The position numbers were made by a program, and so were the translations under genes. The notes beneath the pieces were generated by a model. It was not told the origin of the DNA and made no database searches. It worked only from the letters and a program-made list of their open reading frames with translations. Source: Vitrella brassicaformis CCMP3155 (lineage: Eukaryota > Protista > Chromerida). From it: 64,000 nucleotides of DNA. This document shows positions 35,639-49,200 of the stretch, in pieces. Position 1 is the stretch's first letter, and each line of letters starts with the position of its first letter. The DNA lies in NCBI GenBank assembly GCA_001179505.1, contig CDMY01000426.1:1-64000 (forward strand), in the 5' to 3' direction.

Positions 35639-36086
35639 TAGTGCGCAAGCACATTGGGATGAGGTGATGTCATGCAAGCCATTTTTGCCTGATGATGTGG
35701 CCTCCGGCGTTGGCTAGCTTCAAGTGTGATGGTGCCCTGCCGCGGTTGGGAGTGATGGTGCGGTGAGATCGGGATGTATGTGCGTTGTTTTTCTGGACCC
35801 TCGTTGACGCATCGAGTGGCATTTATGGACATTCAGAGTCCTGACACATGCATCATGTGGATTCACTCATTCTTGCCTTAAGACGGTAGGAGTGAGCGAG
35901 CGGCCAACCAGCCGTCAGCCATCAGCCATCAGTGCATCCGCCGATGAAGCCACACACTCACACCCAGCCACATAAGAGAGAGAGAGATAGAGAGAAAGAC
36001 ATAAGACAGACAGAGAGAGCAAACAACCAACCGAGCATGGCGCTCAATTCGCTTGGAAAAGGCAGCAGGCAGCAGGTAGCTACGAT

Positions 36087-36500
36087 ACACGCGAAAAGTC
36101 CCCATTTCATTCTATCTCTCTTACAGCCATCGGCCGTCGCTCGATCGGAAGTCGCTGGTGTGTTCGTCTGTTAGGTCGACCACGCCATCCGCCACATCAA
36201 GAGCGATGGTTGTCGCTCTCGACGCCACGAACAACATGAGTCAGCAACAGACGAACACCCAGCCACTTGACGGACACACGGAAAAGCCCCCCGTCATACA
36301 CAGACAAGACATTCGCCATCCCCCGTTTGTGGACAAAAGATACCATAGCATTCGCGTCTGTCTATGTGTGTTGCAGCCTTCCGCCGTCGATCGACCGCCA
36401 CTGGGTGTGTTCGTCTGTTGTGTCCGCCACCCCCTCCGCCTCACCAAGAGCGATGTCGACGAGAGGGAGAGAGTGGCCAACATACCAGACGAACATCCAC
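36087..36500. repeat. Two diverged direct copies of a ~150-nt unit, each with an internal inverted repeat
   Basis: Units start near 36111 and 36361. GTGTTCGTCTGTT (36160-36172) pairs with AACAGACGAACAC (36246-36258); TGTTCGTCTG (36408-36417) pairs with CAGACGAACA (36486-36495). Confidence 0.75.
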
Positions 36501-36900
36501 GCAGGGCGAGACTCGACAGACCACATACACACCTACGCGTAAACAAGGCGGTCACCCAAAAAGAGATGCAATAGAAAGCCAAAGAGATACACGCATAAGA
36601 GAGGGAGAGAGAGCCAGGCAGGCAGGCAGGCAGGCAGGCCGCCAAAAATATCAGAGCAAGCTGAAAGGCGCTCGCTCGATGTCTGTCTGAGTCTGTCCCC
36701 TTCCCTCCCTATGCACACAGATACTCTCAAACATACACAGCCATGTGTGCATAAAAACCGTTGTGCATTTCGCTAAGTGCATCCATCCATCCATCCATCC
36801 CGCCACCCCACCAAACCACCTCCCCAGCCATGTAGCCGCTATCTACCGAGGCGTGCGTCTTCAACAAGTCGTCTACCGACCCGTCCGTCCGTCTTGTTCG

Positions 36901-37708
36901 TCATTTGTCGTCGTCGCATGGTGCGACGTGGACGCCTTTGCACGCCTTGCTGTACTGCTGCTTGAACCGGCTCAGCTGCTCCCGCACCTGGTGCTCAACC
37001 CGGTCACGATACCTACACACACACACACGCACACACACACACCAGAACCACACAATGAGGCACACCACACCCACGTGCGGCTCTGCTGTGCATTTGTGTG
37101 AGGTGTCCATCTCCTCACCTGAGCTCAGCCGGCGTCATCTGGTGGAACCTCTGCGGGTGCGTCAGATGGTCCAAACCCCCTTCCCCGCCCTCGCCCCCTC
37201 CCTCCCCCTCACCCAACATCATGTCATGCTGCCCGTGGTGACCCTGCTGGTGTGTGGGCGTGTTGCCGTTGGATGACAGCTGCAGCCGGTCCATGCCCAT
37301 GTTGAGGTCCATTGCGATGCCCACGTCGTTGCCCGATGAGGGAGGGGGGAGGGGGAGGGGGAACGGGACGGGCAGGGGCACGTCGACAGGGCGGGCGGCG
37401 TGGCTCTGCTGCTCAGCCCACAACTGGTACTTATAGCTCATGTTGTCGCTAAGACGAAGCCGCTTGGCCCTAGGCAGTGAGAATGGCCGGTTGCCGCTGC
37501 CGCTGTGGTGGACCGGCCTCCCCTCCCTCTCGTCGACATCCATGTCTACGTCACCACCGCCGCCCGAATCGCCGTCATGCGGCCGGCTCTCGCCCCTGTC
37601 GTTCTGGTAGATGGACGCATGGGACCGTTTGAGCCTCACAGGCGTGGAAGCCGGCGCGTTGGGCACGCTGGGCGGCTGGTGGTGGGCTGGGAAGTGGTAG
37701 GGGTCCAT
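36901..37708 (-). CDS. Low-complexity (P/G/H-rich) hypothetical protein, 2 exons, with a short C-terminal helical segment
   Basis: MDPYHFPAHHQPP...RAKRLRL (NLS-like)...TPAELR, spliced to YRDRVEHQVREQLSRFKQQYSKACKG...*. Confidence 0.6.
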
Positions 37709-38029
37709 CGGATCAGCCGGACGAGGGGTGAAGGTCTTCACACATGACACGCCGACCCTCTACGAACGGTTGCGGCGGCGAGTGGGGTGCCGGTGTTCGC
37801 CAACAGACGCCGAAGAGCGCCAAAAGAGCGCTGAAGAGAACGCAATTGGCGAAGGTTGAAAACGGTGTGCTCCTCACAGGCTCCTCACATCAACAACAAG
37901 CCTTGAAGGCTCCTGTTCCTCTTTTCCCTTTTTGCTTCGAGCTCGCAAGACATTTGTTTTCCGGTTTGTTGGAGTTGAGAGTTGTTGGAGTCGAGTTGAG
38001 AGTTCGTGTCCATCGCCTCTTGACAGATC

Positions 38030-39131
38030 ATGAGCACAGCGGTGGACGCCCAGCCGGCAGCTCCCGCGCCGCATGCCGAGCACGACGATGACGACAAGTT
38101 GGTCGAAGAGGAGGTGGTGCATGGCGACTGGGCCACGCCACAGGTGCGTCACACAGGCACACATCACACACACACACGCATCCACCCACATCCGCAACTT
38201 CATGCAGCTGTGATGTGATGCCGGGAGAGATGGGGAGGCGGGGAGACAGTTACCATGTGTGTTGGCGTTGGTTGGTGCAGGTAGAGGTGCATGAGGTGGA
38301 GGCCGCTACGGGTGAGGAGGAGGAGGACGCCATCTGGAAGCAGCGCGCCAAACTCTTCCGATGGAGCCCGGGCACAGGTACTGCACACGACCTCACTCAC
38401 ACGCCGAGAGCGAAACGACGCACGCATATGTGTGGGTGGTGTGTGTGTGGATGGGGTGCGTGTGTGTGTGCAGGTGATGACGGCAAGGGTGAGTGGAAGG
38501 AGCGCGGTCTGGGGGAGGCCAAGTTGCTGCAGCACAAGACCACCAAGAAGGTGCGCTTCCTCCTGCGGCAGGAGAAGACACTCAAGGTCGTCGCCAACCA
38601 CTACGGTCGGTCAGACGCACAAACACACGAACCAACGAGATACACACACGCACAACCACGACTCATGCCTCCGATTGCGTGTCGTGCTGTGTCGTGCTGT
38701 GTCGTGCTGTCGTGTGTTGTGTGCGTTTCTCATCAGTTACGGACCACGAGGGCTACTGCAACCTGGTGCCCAACAGCGGCAGCGACAAGATCTTCTGCTG
38801 GACCGTTCCCGACTTCGCCGAAAACGAACTTGTCACCGAACAGTTCGGACTCAAACTCGGCACAACAGAAAGTCAGTGAGCCAATCGCCCTCACCCACTC
38901 CTCACTGCACGGCCCAGATAGATGCATCTATCTGGTGTGTTTGTGTCTGTCCCGTTGTGTGCAGAGGCGAATGAGTTCAAGGATATGTTTCTGAAGGCCA
39001 AGGAGATCAACCGAGAGGCCATCGCCGCCGCCAAGGGCGAGGGAGCCGACACCGACAAGACGGAGGCCGCCGAGGACACCAAGGACGCTGCGGCAGACAA
39101 GCCTGACACCAACGGCGACAAGAAGGAGTGA
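38030..39131 (+). CDS. RANBP1: Ran-binding protein 1 (RanBD; Yrb1/RanBP1)
   Basis: TGEEEEDAIWKQRAKLFRW...EWKERGLGEAKLLQHKTTKKVRFLLRQEKTLKVVANHY...LVPNSGSDKIFCW...DFAENE...FGLKLG...ANEFKDMF; five in-phase exons. Confidence 0.97.
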
Positions 39132-40154
39132 TCGCAGGAAAAACGGGTGTGTGAATAAGCTAGCTGATAGCGTTACAGCAGTGGGGATGGGGATGTGGAG
39201 AGGGGGAAAGGGGGAGGGAGAGAGAGGGGGCAGTTTAAGGGCACATCCATATGTATGAGAGGGGTGATGCGATGGCATGCAAGACGGTGTGCGGCGGCGG
39301 CTGGCTTTTCTACCCAGAATGCACGCACACGCCCCTGTAGCTGACTGGCCGTTCTGTCTGTCCGTGTAAGTTTGTCAAAGTGAGTCTCTATGTGTTTGGG
39401 GGATGGATGGATAGTACGATGAGGCCGTCTTCGCATTCGACGGCCCCTCATAGATCGTGCTGCCCGTCCACCTCCTCTCGCAGACACGTAGAGACTGCAC
39501 ACGACGCACACAAAACTACATATCAGTGACTCGTTATCTTTGCCACATGATTTGTGTATCAAATCTACTCAGCAAGACATGAATGCGCCAGCAGCAGCGT
39601 TTACCTATTCATTGAATCTTATTCGTCCCATTCATCGTTTCATGCTCTTCCATCGTGTGGATAGTTGGAAGGAAGGAGGAAAGAATAGACAGACAGCCGG
39701 ATTTTTGCCTGCCCTTCCAGGTCTACAGGTCTGACACAAACCCATCAGTAGAATGGCCTCAGTGAGTGAGTGATGAAAGCAATGAGTGGCAGAATGACCT
39801 CCCATCAGTTCATCACATATCTGTTAAATATTCATCTGCCCAGAGGCAATGTGTGTGTGGGATGTCCGCCACCCCCCACCCACCCACCCACTCACCCACA
39901 CACACACACGCACGCACTTGCTTATATGCAATCGGATGCCCGCGAGTCAACCAGCCCGTCAGCCATTCTATCTACAGCCTACAGTCAGTGTCTGGTCACT
40001 CCTCCGCAATGCTGCCGGCACAAGGCTAGATATCGATACGCCAACCTGACACGACACAAACGGTGCGTGCACATCCCCCCGCCGCCCTCCCGCCTCCTTG
40101 CCCGTCTCATCTCTTTTGATGTGCGCACCAGGTCGTGTGGCATGTGTGCATCTT

Positions 40155-43006
40155 CTATGGGCGTCTCGCGATGGTGAGGCAGCTGCCCACCATTTCCATC
40201 TTGTACTTGTCGCTCAGCAGGTTGAAGGTGGCATGGCGGTCGTTGAACAAGCGCCGCACATCCAGCTGCAGCCGCGCAGCCCAGATAAGGGCCGACGCCT
40301 TGCGCGCGGGGGGTCTGGAGCCAATGGGTCTGGAGACAAAGCCGGCAAGCACCGCTACCAGCGACCCATAGAACTTATCGACCGTCACACCGACACGCGG
40401 ATTCTCTGCGAACGGCACATGTCGTTTGATACATATTTGCCTGCCCCCCTGCCTCCCTGTGCTTTGTGCTTTGTGCTTTGTGTGTATTTTTGCGCCCCTT
40501 ACCGTACACATGGAACTTGACTTCCTTGAAGGCCGGCCGGTTGTGGCTGGCCCACTCCTGCAGAGGCCGGCTATGCTCCAAGATGCTCGATGCCGACGTA
40601 CTAATCGTCAGTGATTCGAATGCCCTCTTGCTCCCGCGCAGCTGGCGCGTCATTGCGTCGAGCAGCGACATGACCTGGATGAGTGACGCGCAAGGGGGCC
40701 ATGGCCCGAAATCGATGTGGTTGCATTGGGGCATGCCGGCGGTGACGGCCTTGGCGAGGCTATCGACGGTCTGCTGGGAGGGGGGAGTGTCGGTGTTGTA
40801 GGTCAATGCGTAAGCGCGGGGGAAGTGTGTGGTAGTGGCAGTGCCTGTCAGGTCTCCACCACTGTACCGCACGTCGCGGACGAGGCCGACAATGTCACCC
40901 ACAATCTTCTGCACTTGATGGTCGACAGCAGAAAGCAAAATCGTCCCCGATGGCGTGAAAGTACTCCACCCCGCGGCCAATCCAAGAACAAGCTTCTGCA
41001 CCTGATGGCATACGGACACGCATAGATCATATTTGCCCCACGGGTGTCGTCACGGTGCATGTAGCAGGCACACACACCTGAGGTGACTTGTCGGCTGCCC
41101 ATTCGACCAGCGATATGTCTGCTCTACAGTTCTGGGTGACCGTCAGCTGGTCGAGGGCCTCTGGCCGCATCACCGCCTCCGCCAACCGCCCCACCTCAAG
41201 CAGCAGCTTCTTGTCCTCTGCGTCGGCGGCATCAATGTGCAGCTTGCGAAGGTTGTGGCGGCAGCCCCGGCTAACGAGCGTCTCACGCAGCGCGACGACC
41301 GTGTCGCTCTCAGCTCGGTACAAATCGATGGGGCCGATGGACTGGAGGCGGGAGAGGGACCTGCCGTCCTTGGGGGCCGTGGACAACAGGCCTTGCTTGA
41401 CGCTCAAGAGAATGACAACAGGCCTTGCTTGACGCTCAAGAGAATGGTGTCCACATCGAACTTCTCCAGATGCTCGCACGCCTCCATCCAGCAGCTATGA
41501 TTGCTCTTGATGTCCTCTACGCCATAACCCTGCTCCCGCCCGAATGTCAGGACTCGCAGACGCGGCGCGCGCCACACCCGCCTGCCGGCGCGCACGGCCG
41601 CATACTGGCAGGGCATGTTGTGCACCTCCTCCAGGTTTGACAGGTCGACGGGGGAGGGGGGCAGCGGCTCCGCCGACGTGTCGCAGCGAAAGCTGCTGTC
41701 GTGGTCGTCGTCGAAGCTGATGACTTTGATGGACGAAGCGGGCTGTGGCACATGGTGTGCCGGCCGTGCTGTCCCCTCCTCACCCCCCTCCTGCTGCACC
41801 TTCTTCTCCTCGTCGTTGATGGCCTTGCGCGCCGCCGCATTGCCCTCGATCAATGCCACCCAAGTGCCACGGCACCAGCGGCTGATCGACTCGAAGGGCA
41901 GGATGGTGTGCAGATGCGTCAAATGGCTCGCGCGCTGCCCCCACTTGTAGGCTGTCTTGTGGGGCATCCGCCCCCACAGCTGGCGCACGCCGCCCTTGGC
42001 CGATCCGTCGATGGTCAGGTGCGTGTAGTTGGCGGCCGCCGCGTCGAAGAGGGCCTGGCCAAGGACGCGGCGGCGATGCGTCAGCTCCCAGGGGTGGAAG
42101 GAGCCGAACACGTTGGCGAGCTCGTCACGAGAGAGACGGAGCCGGCCCTTCAACACAGACAGACACGTTGACACAAAGGTATATGATTGAGTGTGCAGAG
42201 GTGGCGGGTCGTTCGCTTCGTGTTCTCACCGGCGGCTGGTTGGGTGGCTGTCGTCCCGATACATGGACCTGTCGATATGAAGGCTGCTGTGGGGCAGCGA
42301 CACTCAAATCGGAATCAGCTGCGGCCACCTGAGTCAAGCGCAATGACAACAACGAACACAGAGAACCGTCTCCACCCCTTCCCTCCAACTCATTGTCAAC
42401 GTGTGTGTGTGTACCTCAGCGGCTGGTCCGTCTGGCGATGCGTCGACAACATCCATCTCACCACCACTCCCACTACCACCACCGACAATCGCTGCAGCGG
42501 GCGAGCCGGAGTCGTTCGTGTGCTGTGGGCCATCTAGCGCGGCCGCAGCTGTGCCGCTCGCCTGCTCTGTCGGATCTAATGCTGCCACTGTGGTGATTGC
42601 CTCCAGCCCCGCCGACACAGCAGACTCGGCAACTCGGAATTGACCCGACGCAGCCCCGAGCGAGAGCAGCGCGGCCATCGTGTCACCAGATGCACCGCCC
42701 TGACGTAGACGCACATCGCAACTCAGCTGCCACATTGCACAGACGAAAGGGAAGACAATTGTGTGTGCTCGGTGCCGGGAATCTCAGGCACTCACCTTGA
42801 TTTTGTTATGCAGCTGCCGGATCTTCTCAAGCAATACATCCCCCTCGGCACGCAGCTGCACGACAACACACAGGAAGCAAGACAGCCGTGTGTGAGCAGA
42901 CCCACAGATAATCACATGCGCGTGTGGTTGGGCTGTTGGCTGTCTGTACCTCGCTGATGCTGGCAGGAGCCATACTCGCACCGGCCGCCTGACCCGACCC
43001 CGCCAT
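40155..43006 (-). pseudogene. F-box-like/solenoid family member C, frameshifted by a 32-bp tandem duplication
   Basis: F-box-like SRDELANVFGSFHPWELTHRRRVLG; W..LIEGN, RVWRAPRL and LVSRGC family motifs. Removing one repeat copy joins ORF 41404-42174 to ORF 41027-41479. Confidence 0.85.
41382..41445 (+). repeat. Perfect 32-bp tandem duplication
   Basis: GACAACAGGCCTTGCTTGACGCTCAAGAGAAT x2. Confidence 0.97.
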
Positions 43007-43143
43007 GAAATCCTCCGATGCATTACGGTCGGTGATCCTCCATTGCCGACAACAAGAGCTACTGGATGAGTCAGGAGGCCGCTCGCTCATGGCCATTCCT
43101 ATCGACGACCTCCGAATGTGGCGGCGGGGAGATGGAATGAAGC

Positions 43144-43168
43144 AGGGTTTCGGGTCAAGGGTTTCGGG
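43144..43168 (-). promoter_or_regulatory. Two AGGGTTTCGGG direct repeats (AAACCCT telo-box-like on the minus strand) in a divergent promoter
   Basis: 11-mer at 43144-43154 and 43158-43168, between ATG 43006 (-) and ATG 43203 (+). Confidence 0.3.
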
Positions 43169-43202
43169 CACGACAAGACGCCGCCGACGAATGGATGAGT
43201 CG

Positions 43203-46200
43203 ATGAGTACCAGATGGTGTCTGATGGTGATTCTTGTATGTGCCGCCTTTCTTGCCCTCTCATCGTCGCTCGTGGCTTGCTCGCCCATCCGGCGAATCCT
43301 CCAGCCCGCAAATGATTCGGATCTCTCTCATCCCCTCCCTCCCGGCTGGCGTGATCCAAGGCGGCTAAGGCTCCTGCAACTCTCTCCGGTCTTCCGTCCC
43401 GCTGATGTAGATGGCGAGGTCGACAGTCACTGCTGCGACAACATTCTTCCCTATACCGAAATGGAGGAGCTGGTTCGGTGCGATTCGTGTCAGGAGGATG
43501 CGGCGGCTCTGTTCAAGTGGTCTCGCGAGGCCGGATTGGTCGACAACGAGACCAAGTCCATATTTGAGGACAACCTGTGCGTCGTGTTCTTCATCACGTG
43601 TGTGCGGCTGAGTGAGGCGCTGGCGGACGGCGGTCCCGGGGAGGGCTACATCATCTGGCTGTCCAACCACATGGACACGGATGTTTATCTGGTCTTGCAG
43701 CAGCGAGGCTGGAAGCCTCTCGTCTTTTCGGGATCTTTCTATCGGCTGCGCCATGTGGTGTGCTTGTCAGCGTATCAGTTGCCTATGCAGGGAAGCTTGA
43801 GTGATGAGATCGCCAAGGTGACTTCGCTTCGTGCTATCTTCCTGGCCTATATGGTGAGTCACATCTGAGGCAAACATTCATTCACACGCATGCTCGTGCG
43901 TATGTTGCTTTGCAGAACGGCATGGAAGGGATTCTTCCAGCTAGAATTGGCGAGCTGCCTTATCTCAAGGGCTTGTACCTCTGGGGCATGAATACAATTG
44001 GACCTTTCCCATCGTCCATCACGAAGCTATCCCGCCTCGAAGCTCTCGATATCGCGGGCACCAATATTTCAGGGCCCATCCCTCAAGATATCGGCAGGCT
44101 CCGGCGCTTGCGCGTTCTGAGGATGTGGGCTAACGAGCGGATGGAGGGCCGCTTTTCGGCCAGTGTTACGTCTTGCCGTAACCTCTCCGAGATGAGCCTC
44201 CTGGCAACGGGCCTTACAGGCCCTCTGCCCGGCGATCTAGGCGCCCTCTCTCGGTTGGTCGAGCTGGATCTTACTGGGAATTCGCTTACCGGGAAACTGC
44301 CTGAGTTATTGGTACAGCTGAGCCGGCTGCAGAAGCTGGTTCTAGTCAATAATACCTTTAGTGGCCCACTGCCCAACGGACTTGGCACCAACATGGACAG
44401 CCTAAAATCGCTCGGTCTCACACACAATGACGTAAGCCACAACGTGTGGAGACATGTGTTTAGACCGACACGTGAATCTAGACTGCTTTTCTCAGTATTC
44501 CGGTCCGCTGCCGTCTTCCCTGGGCAATGCGAGAAACCTGACGGGACTCTGGATCGAAAAAACAGGCCTGAGCGGCGTCATTCCATCAAAACTAGGGCAG
44601 CTGGCTAAGCTTCGCGAGGTGTATCTTTCTAACAATCAGGTAAGAACCCGTTAACGGTTTTATGCCACATCTTGCCCTGCCCATGTTTGCTGCTTATGCA
44701 GCTCTTCGGTGACCTCCCGAATACGCTGAATGGCTGGAAGTCGGTCGAGCATCTCAGTTTACATAACAATAACCTAAGCGGCACCCTCGAGCCGCTCAGC
44801 GCTCTCACGTCGCTCAGGACACTGTGGATTGGCAACAACTCGGTGAGAACCATCATATATAACAGGTCGACAAGAGTTTGTATCTCATATGGCTACGTTT
44901 CAGTTTGAAGGGTATGTGCCTATCGGCTTCCGCGATTTTGAGAATCTCACTGAAATATCCGCAGCCAACAATAGGCTGGCCGGTTGGGCCGATTGGACGG
45001 GCGGCAACCTCAGTGTGAGGGAGTATCACAGCCTTCGTCAGCTATACATGTCATCCAACCGAATCAATGGCACTCTGAAACCTTTAAGCCATCTCATATC
45101 ACTCAGAACACTGTTGATAAACAACAACTTGGTGAGACCAGACAACGACAAAGAGACGTATGACATAGAACACTACGAGTTGCTGTGTCATCGTGCTTTG
45201 TATTGCAGCTGTCAGGGTCGATACCAGCTGAGCTTGGCCAGCTGACCGAGCTCCGGAAAGTGTACCTTCATGACAATCAGGTACAAAACCTAAATACATG
45301 ACTTCGTGTTCTCCATTTTTTTCTGTGCAGCTTTCCGGTACGCTGCCGGACACATTGAGTGGCTGGAAGTCGGTCGAGTATCTCGCTATTGATCACAACA
45401 ATTTTTCTGGCACCCTCGAGCCGCTCAGCACCCTCACGTCCCTCAGGCAACTGTGGGTTTCCGACAACTGGGTGAGGGCCATGAATTATAATTGGCAGTG
45501 AGCTGGTGAAAGCTTGTGCGTGCTGTGGCTATGTTTTAGTTTGAGGGCTACCTGCCTGCCGGCAAGTTTGAGAATCTCAGTGAAATCCACGCAGCCAACA
45601 ACCGGTACGCTTCACGCTACACAGACGCTGACGCATGGGCCTGTGAATTGATCGGCAGGTTGGTCGGTTTGGTAGAGGAGCATAGCCTTCATGGCGCGTC
45701 GTATGAGAGCCTTCAGTTGTTGCGTCTGCCTTCCAATCGTCTCAACGGGTCCGTGAACTTATCTGTCTTCCCCAAGCTTGAGGAAGCCTATCTTGGGAGT
45801 AATCTCATTACGGGGCTCACCGGCAACCTCCCACAGTTGTCAGTGAGAGACAAATTCCGCTCACACAAAGGAAATGCCAGATGTGCTGTGACTGTGACTG
45901 GTGTTTTGGGTGTCAGGTTGCAGTCTTTGAACTTGCGCAACAACCTGCTAACCACCTTGCCGCAAGGCTTCCGCTCAATGCCCAACCTGAAGAGACTATA
46001 CCTCGCCAACAATCGCATTAGCCAGTGGCCCAAGTGGGGCTCTACACCGGAAGGCGTCTGCCACACACAGGAAGGGCTAAGTGAGCTGAGACAAGATACA
46101 CGCACACACACACGCACACACACATGCAGCTCAGGGTTTGTATGTGTTCATTGTGTGAATCTGTGTGAGAGAAGATTGGGGAGAGTGGAATATGTCCAGT

Positions 46201-49200
46201 TTGCTGTCTGCCGTGGATCCGCCTGACTGGAACAGCCTGTATGAATTAGACGTCTCCAACAATCCGATCATGACAGACGTGACTGACTTCCTCATGCCCC
46301 TTAAATGGCAGGACAAGTAAGTGAAATCCAATGGCTTTCTATCATTCGTTTTCAGATCCGTCTCTTTGTGTGCGTGACAGTTTGATGGCGCTGGATGCAT
46401 CAAACTGCAGTCTTCACGGTGCGATGCGTTGTGAGGCTTTCCTGGTGTTCCCCCGTAGAATGCTGAATCAATCCGCATATGTAATCTATCATTCACATAC
46501 ACAGGCACACGCATAAAACATCACTCTTTTCTGCGTGTGCACAGATTGAGGACCTGTTTCTAGTAAAGACTGCATTTTATCAGCTGGGATCCATCTCTTT
46601 GAAGGACAACAATATCACCGCCATCGAGACATTTCAGGCGTTTTACGCGTCCGACTCATCGCTCTACCACGTCGACTTCCGCAACAACTCACTAATAAGA
46701 GTGGGAAGGCTCGACTCTGTCTTGTTTTCATCCGACTACGCAAGATTCACACAGAACCCGGACTTGAAAAGAACGCAAACCGGGGTATGTGTCAGCGATA
46801 CACCCATTGAGGTGAGACAAAGACGAGCGGAGCGCTTATATACGTGTTGGTGGCCGATATATATGTATTTCTCTGTGTGTTGTGGGGGTATGTATGTGAT
46901 TTAGAAGTGTCAGGATTTCCGTCGATCCAGCAGTACGCATCACGCCTTCAGCCGATGTCCAGCATTGACTGCATACGACAAGCCACAGGTGACGCCACTA
47001 CTGCCTGACCCGCAAGGTACGACAGGGTTCTCCTTGCAGTGTAGTGCACATCATTGCGCTCATACACATGGTTGGTGCAGGATATGTCGTGCAGAGGTTG
47101 GACAATGGTGAGGAGCGCTTTGAGTGCACGGAGTTCTGCTCCGTATTCAACAGACTTGAGGTACGGAGAATAACACAAATGCACAGCACTCTCCGCGTAC
47201 TGTGCTCACTCGCCACTGCTCGCACAGGTCGACTACACCTTCGACTCGGATGCCCTGTGTCGGTGTCTGCCTGGATATGAGGGCATTGGCATCAACTGCA
47301 CCAAGTGCCCACCTGGCACATACAGCAATAGACAAAACGGCACACAAAGGTGCAAACAATGCCCTGATGATGCAGGTCAGACGCAACAGTCATATGACAG
47401 TAAGCTGAGCCCTTGCGATTTTCGTTGTTGGTCTGTTTGTGTGTCAGCAGGTTCTGATGAGGGTTTAGGTGCGTGCTATTGCCATCTTGGCCACCAGCGC
47501 GGCGAGGAGCCGTGCGAGCCGTGCATCGCTGGGTCAGTTGGCGTGCGCAAGATTGGTAGTGGCGGCAGTCGCAGCACGTGGATCTGCCAAGATTGTTTGC
47601 CTGGATTGAACTGCTCTGTTCCCATCAACTATAATGCGAGTGTGCTGCCGGGATTCTTCCAGCTCACTGTCCAGCTGCAATCTGACGATTCATCTCACAA
47701 CGCCACACGGGAAGTGACAACGTAAGATAAGCGTTTTGTCAGGAGCCGTGTGTGAGAGTGGCAATGTTTTGGTGTGTCTCAGATATGCCGCTGGGTTGAC
47801 CCTCTTGCCAATAGCCATGCAGTGTCCATTGGCATCGGCCTGCAAAGGCACCAACAAAACGGATGGGCTCAACACATGCTTGGTAAGTATGCGTCATCTC
47901 TGAGTGGAGCTATTCTGGTGTGGTCCTTTACACTCTTGCCTTGTCTGTGTCAGGAAGGACATGAGGGTTTTGTATGCTCTCGGTGGAAGGCGGGCTTTTC
48001 GCGTCATACGCCCCAGCAGCCGTGCGCCCGATGTGTCTCACTATGGCAGATTATCCTCTTCAACGTGTTATTCGTGGTTGCCACTCTGATAGCCATCTTT
48101 ATACTCACGGCACTCGCAGAAAGGTCAGCACTCAGCGATGCACCTGTCACAAAAGTCCGCTGATCGATCGATCTCTGTGTTGTGTATGTGTGTGTGTGTG
48201 TGTTTCCTCAGGGCTTCGTCGTCTCCGCGCGCTGAGATCCCCTCTCAGCTGATCAAAATTGGACTCTCGCACATCACCGCTGTGCGTGAAGAGACGCACA
48301 GACACACACACTCACCTCTCATTGTCTCCTTGCTGTCACTGTGTGTATGCAGGTGTGTGGTCTGGCCTTTCTCGTGTTTGACGAGTCCCTCTGGGGCAAC
48401 CAGATATCCTCACTGGTCGGCAGCTTCTTCGCCTGGAACTGCGGCGTTCCTCAGTCGTATCAAGTGTGGGAATGTCTGTTGAGGCCATATGTGGGCGATA
48501 AATGCGTGCTGTACCGACACGCCATGTGGCTGGCTTTGCCACTCGTCTGGCTGACCGCTGCGCCACTGATTGGTGAGCAAACACAACTACTGTAGTCTGC
48601 AGGCTATGCATTGTGGTCGTTTCTGCCCTGTCGTTTCATGGCTGCAGCGAGTGGATTTGACAAAGCGCGTGATGCCTTCAAGTCGAGGCGGCGCATTGGC
48701 AGTGACGAGTCGACCTCATTCGCGACCATCGACAGCTACTTCCGAGCCCTGTCAGCGCCTGCATCTGTGATCACTGGCAAGGCGGACAAGGCTGCGGCAC
48801 ACGGGCCTCACCACCGATTGGTCACATTTCAGGAAGACATTCGGACCGAACCAGTGACGCCTCCGTCCTGCCAGCATTCGTCAGCGGAGCCCTGCAAGAG
48901 CGGCCGATGGCGGCAGTGGCTGGACAGCCGGGGAGGCATGATGGTTGTGATCCTCACATTTATCCACCCAACCGTGACCAAGAGCATGCTGGCCCTCTTG
49001 CGCTGCCGGCCTTACCCCTATGTGGACGCGATTATCCCTATCGCCTCAGGAGAGAGTGTCAGCCTACTCTCACCCAATCCGATGGATGACACGCGGCCTG
49101 GGATGGATCTCGATTCCCGTGTCATCTGCCGATCGGGCGAGCATGCCCCTTTCTTGTGGATTGCCGTGGCTGGTCTCTTATTGTGGACCTTCGCCCCAGT

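Noticed and set aside
36087-36500. CRISPR-like repeat-spacer interpretation
   Set aside because: Only two long diverged units, a eukaryotic context and no cas genes.
43004-43007. Overlapping opposite-strand start codons (CATG) for gene C and the LRR ORF
   Set aside because: The receptor signal peptide begins at 43203, so the plus-strand ATG at 43005 is probably not used; CATG is common by chance.
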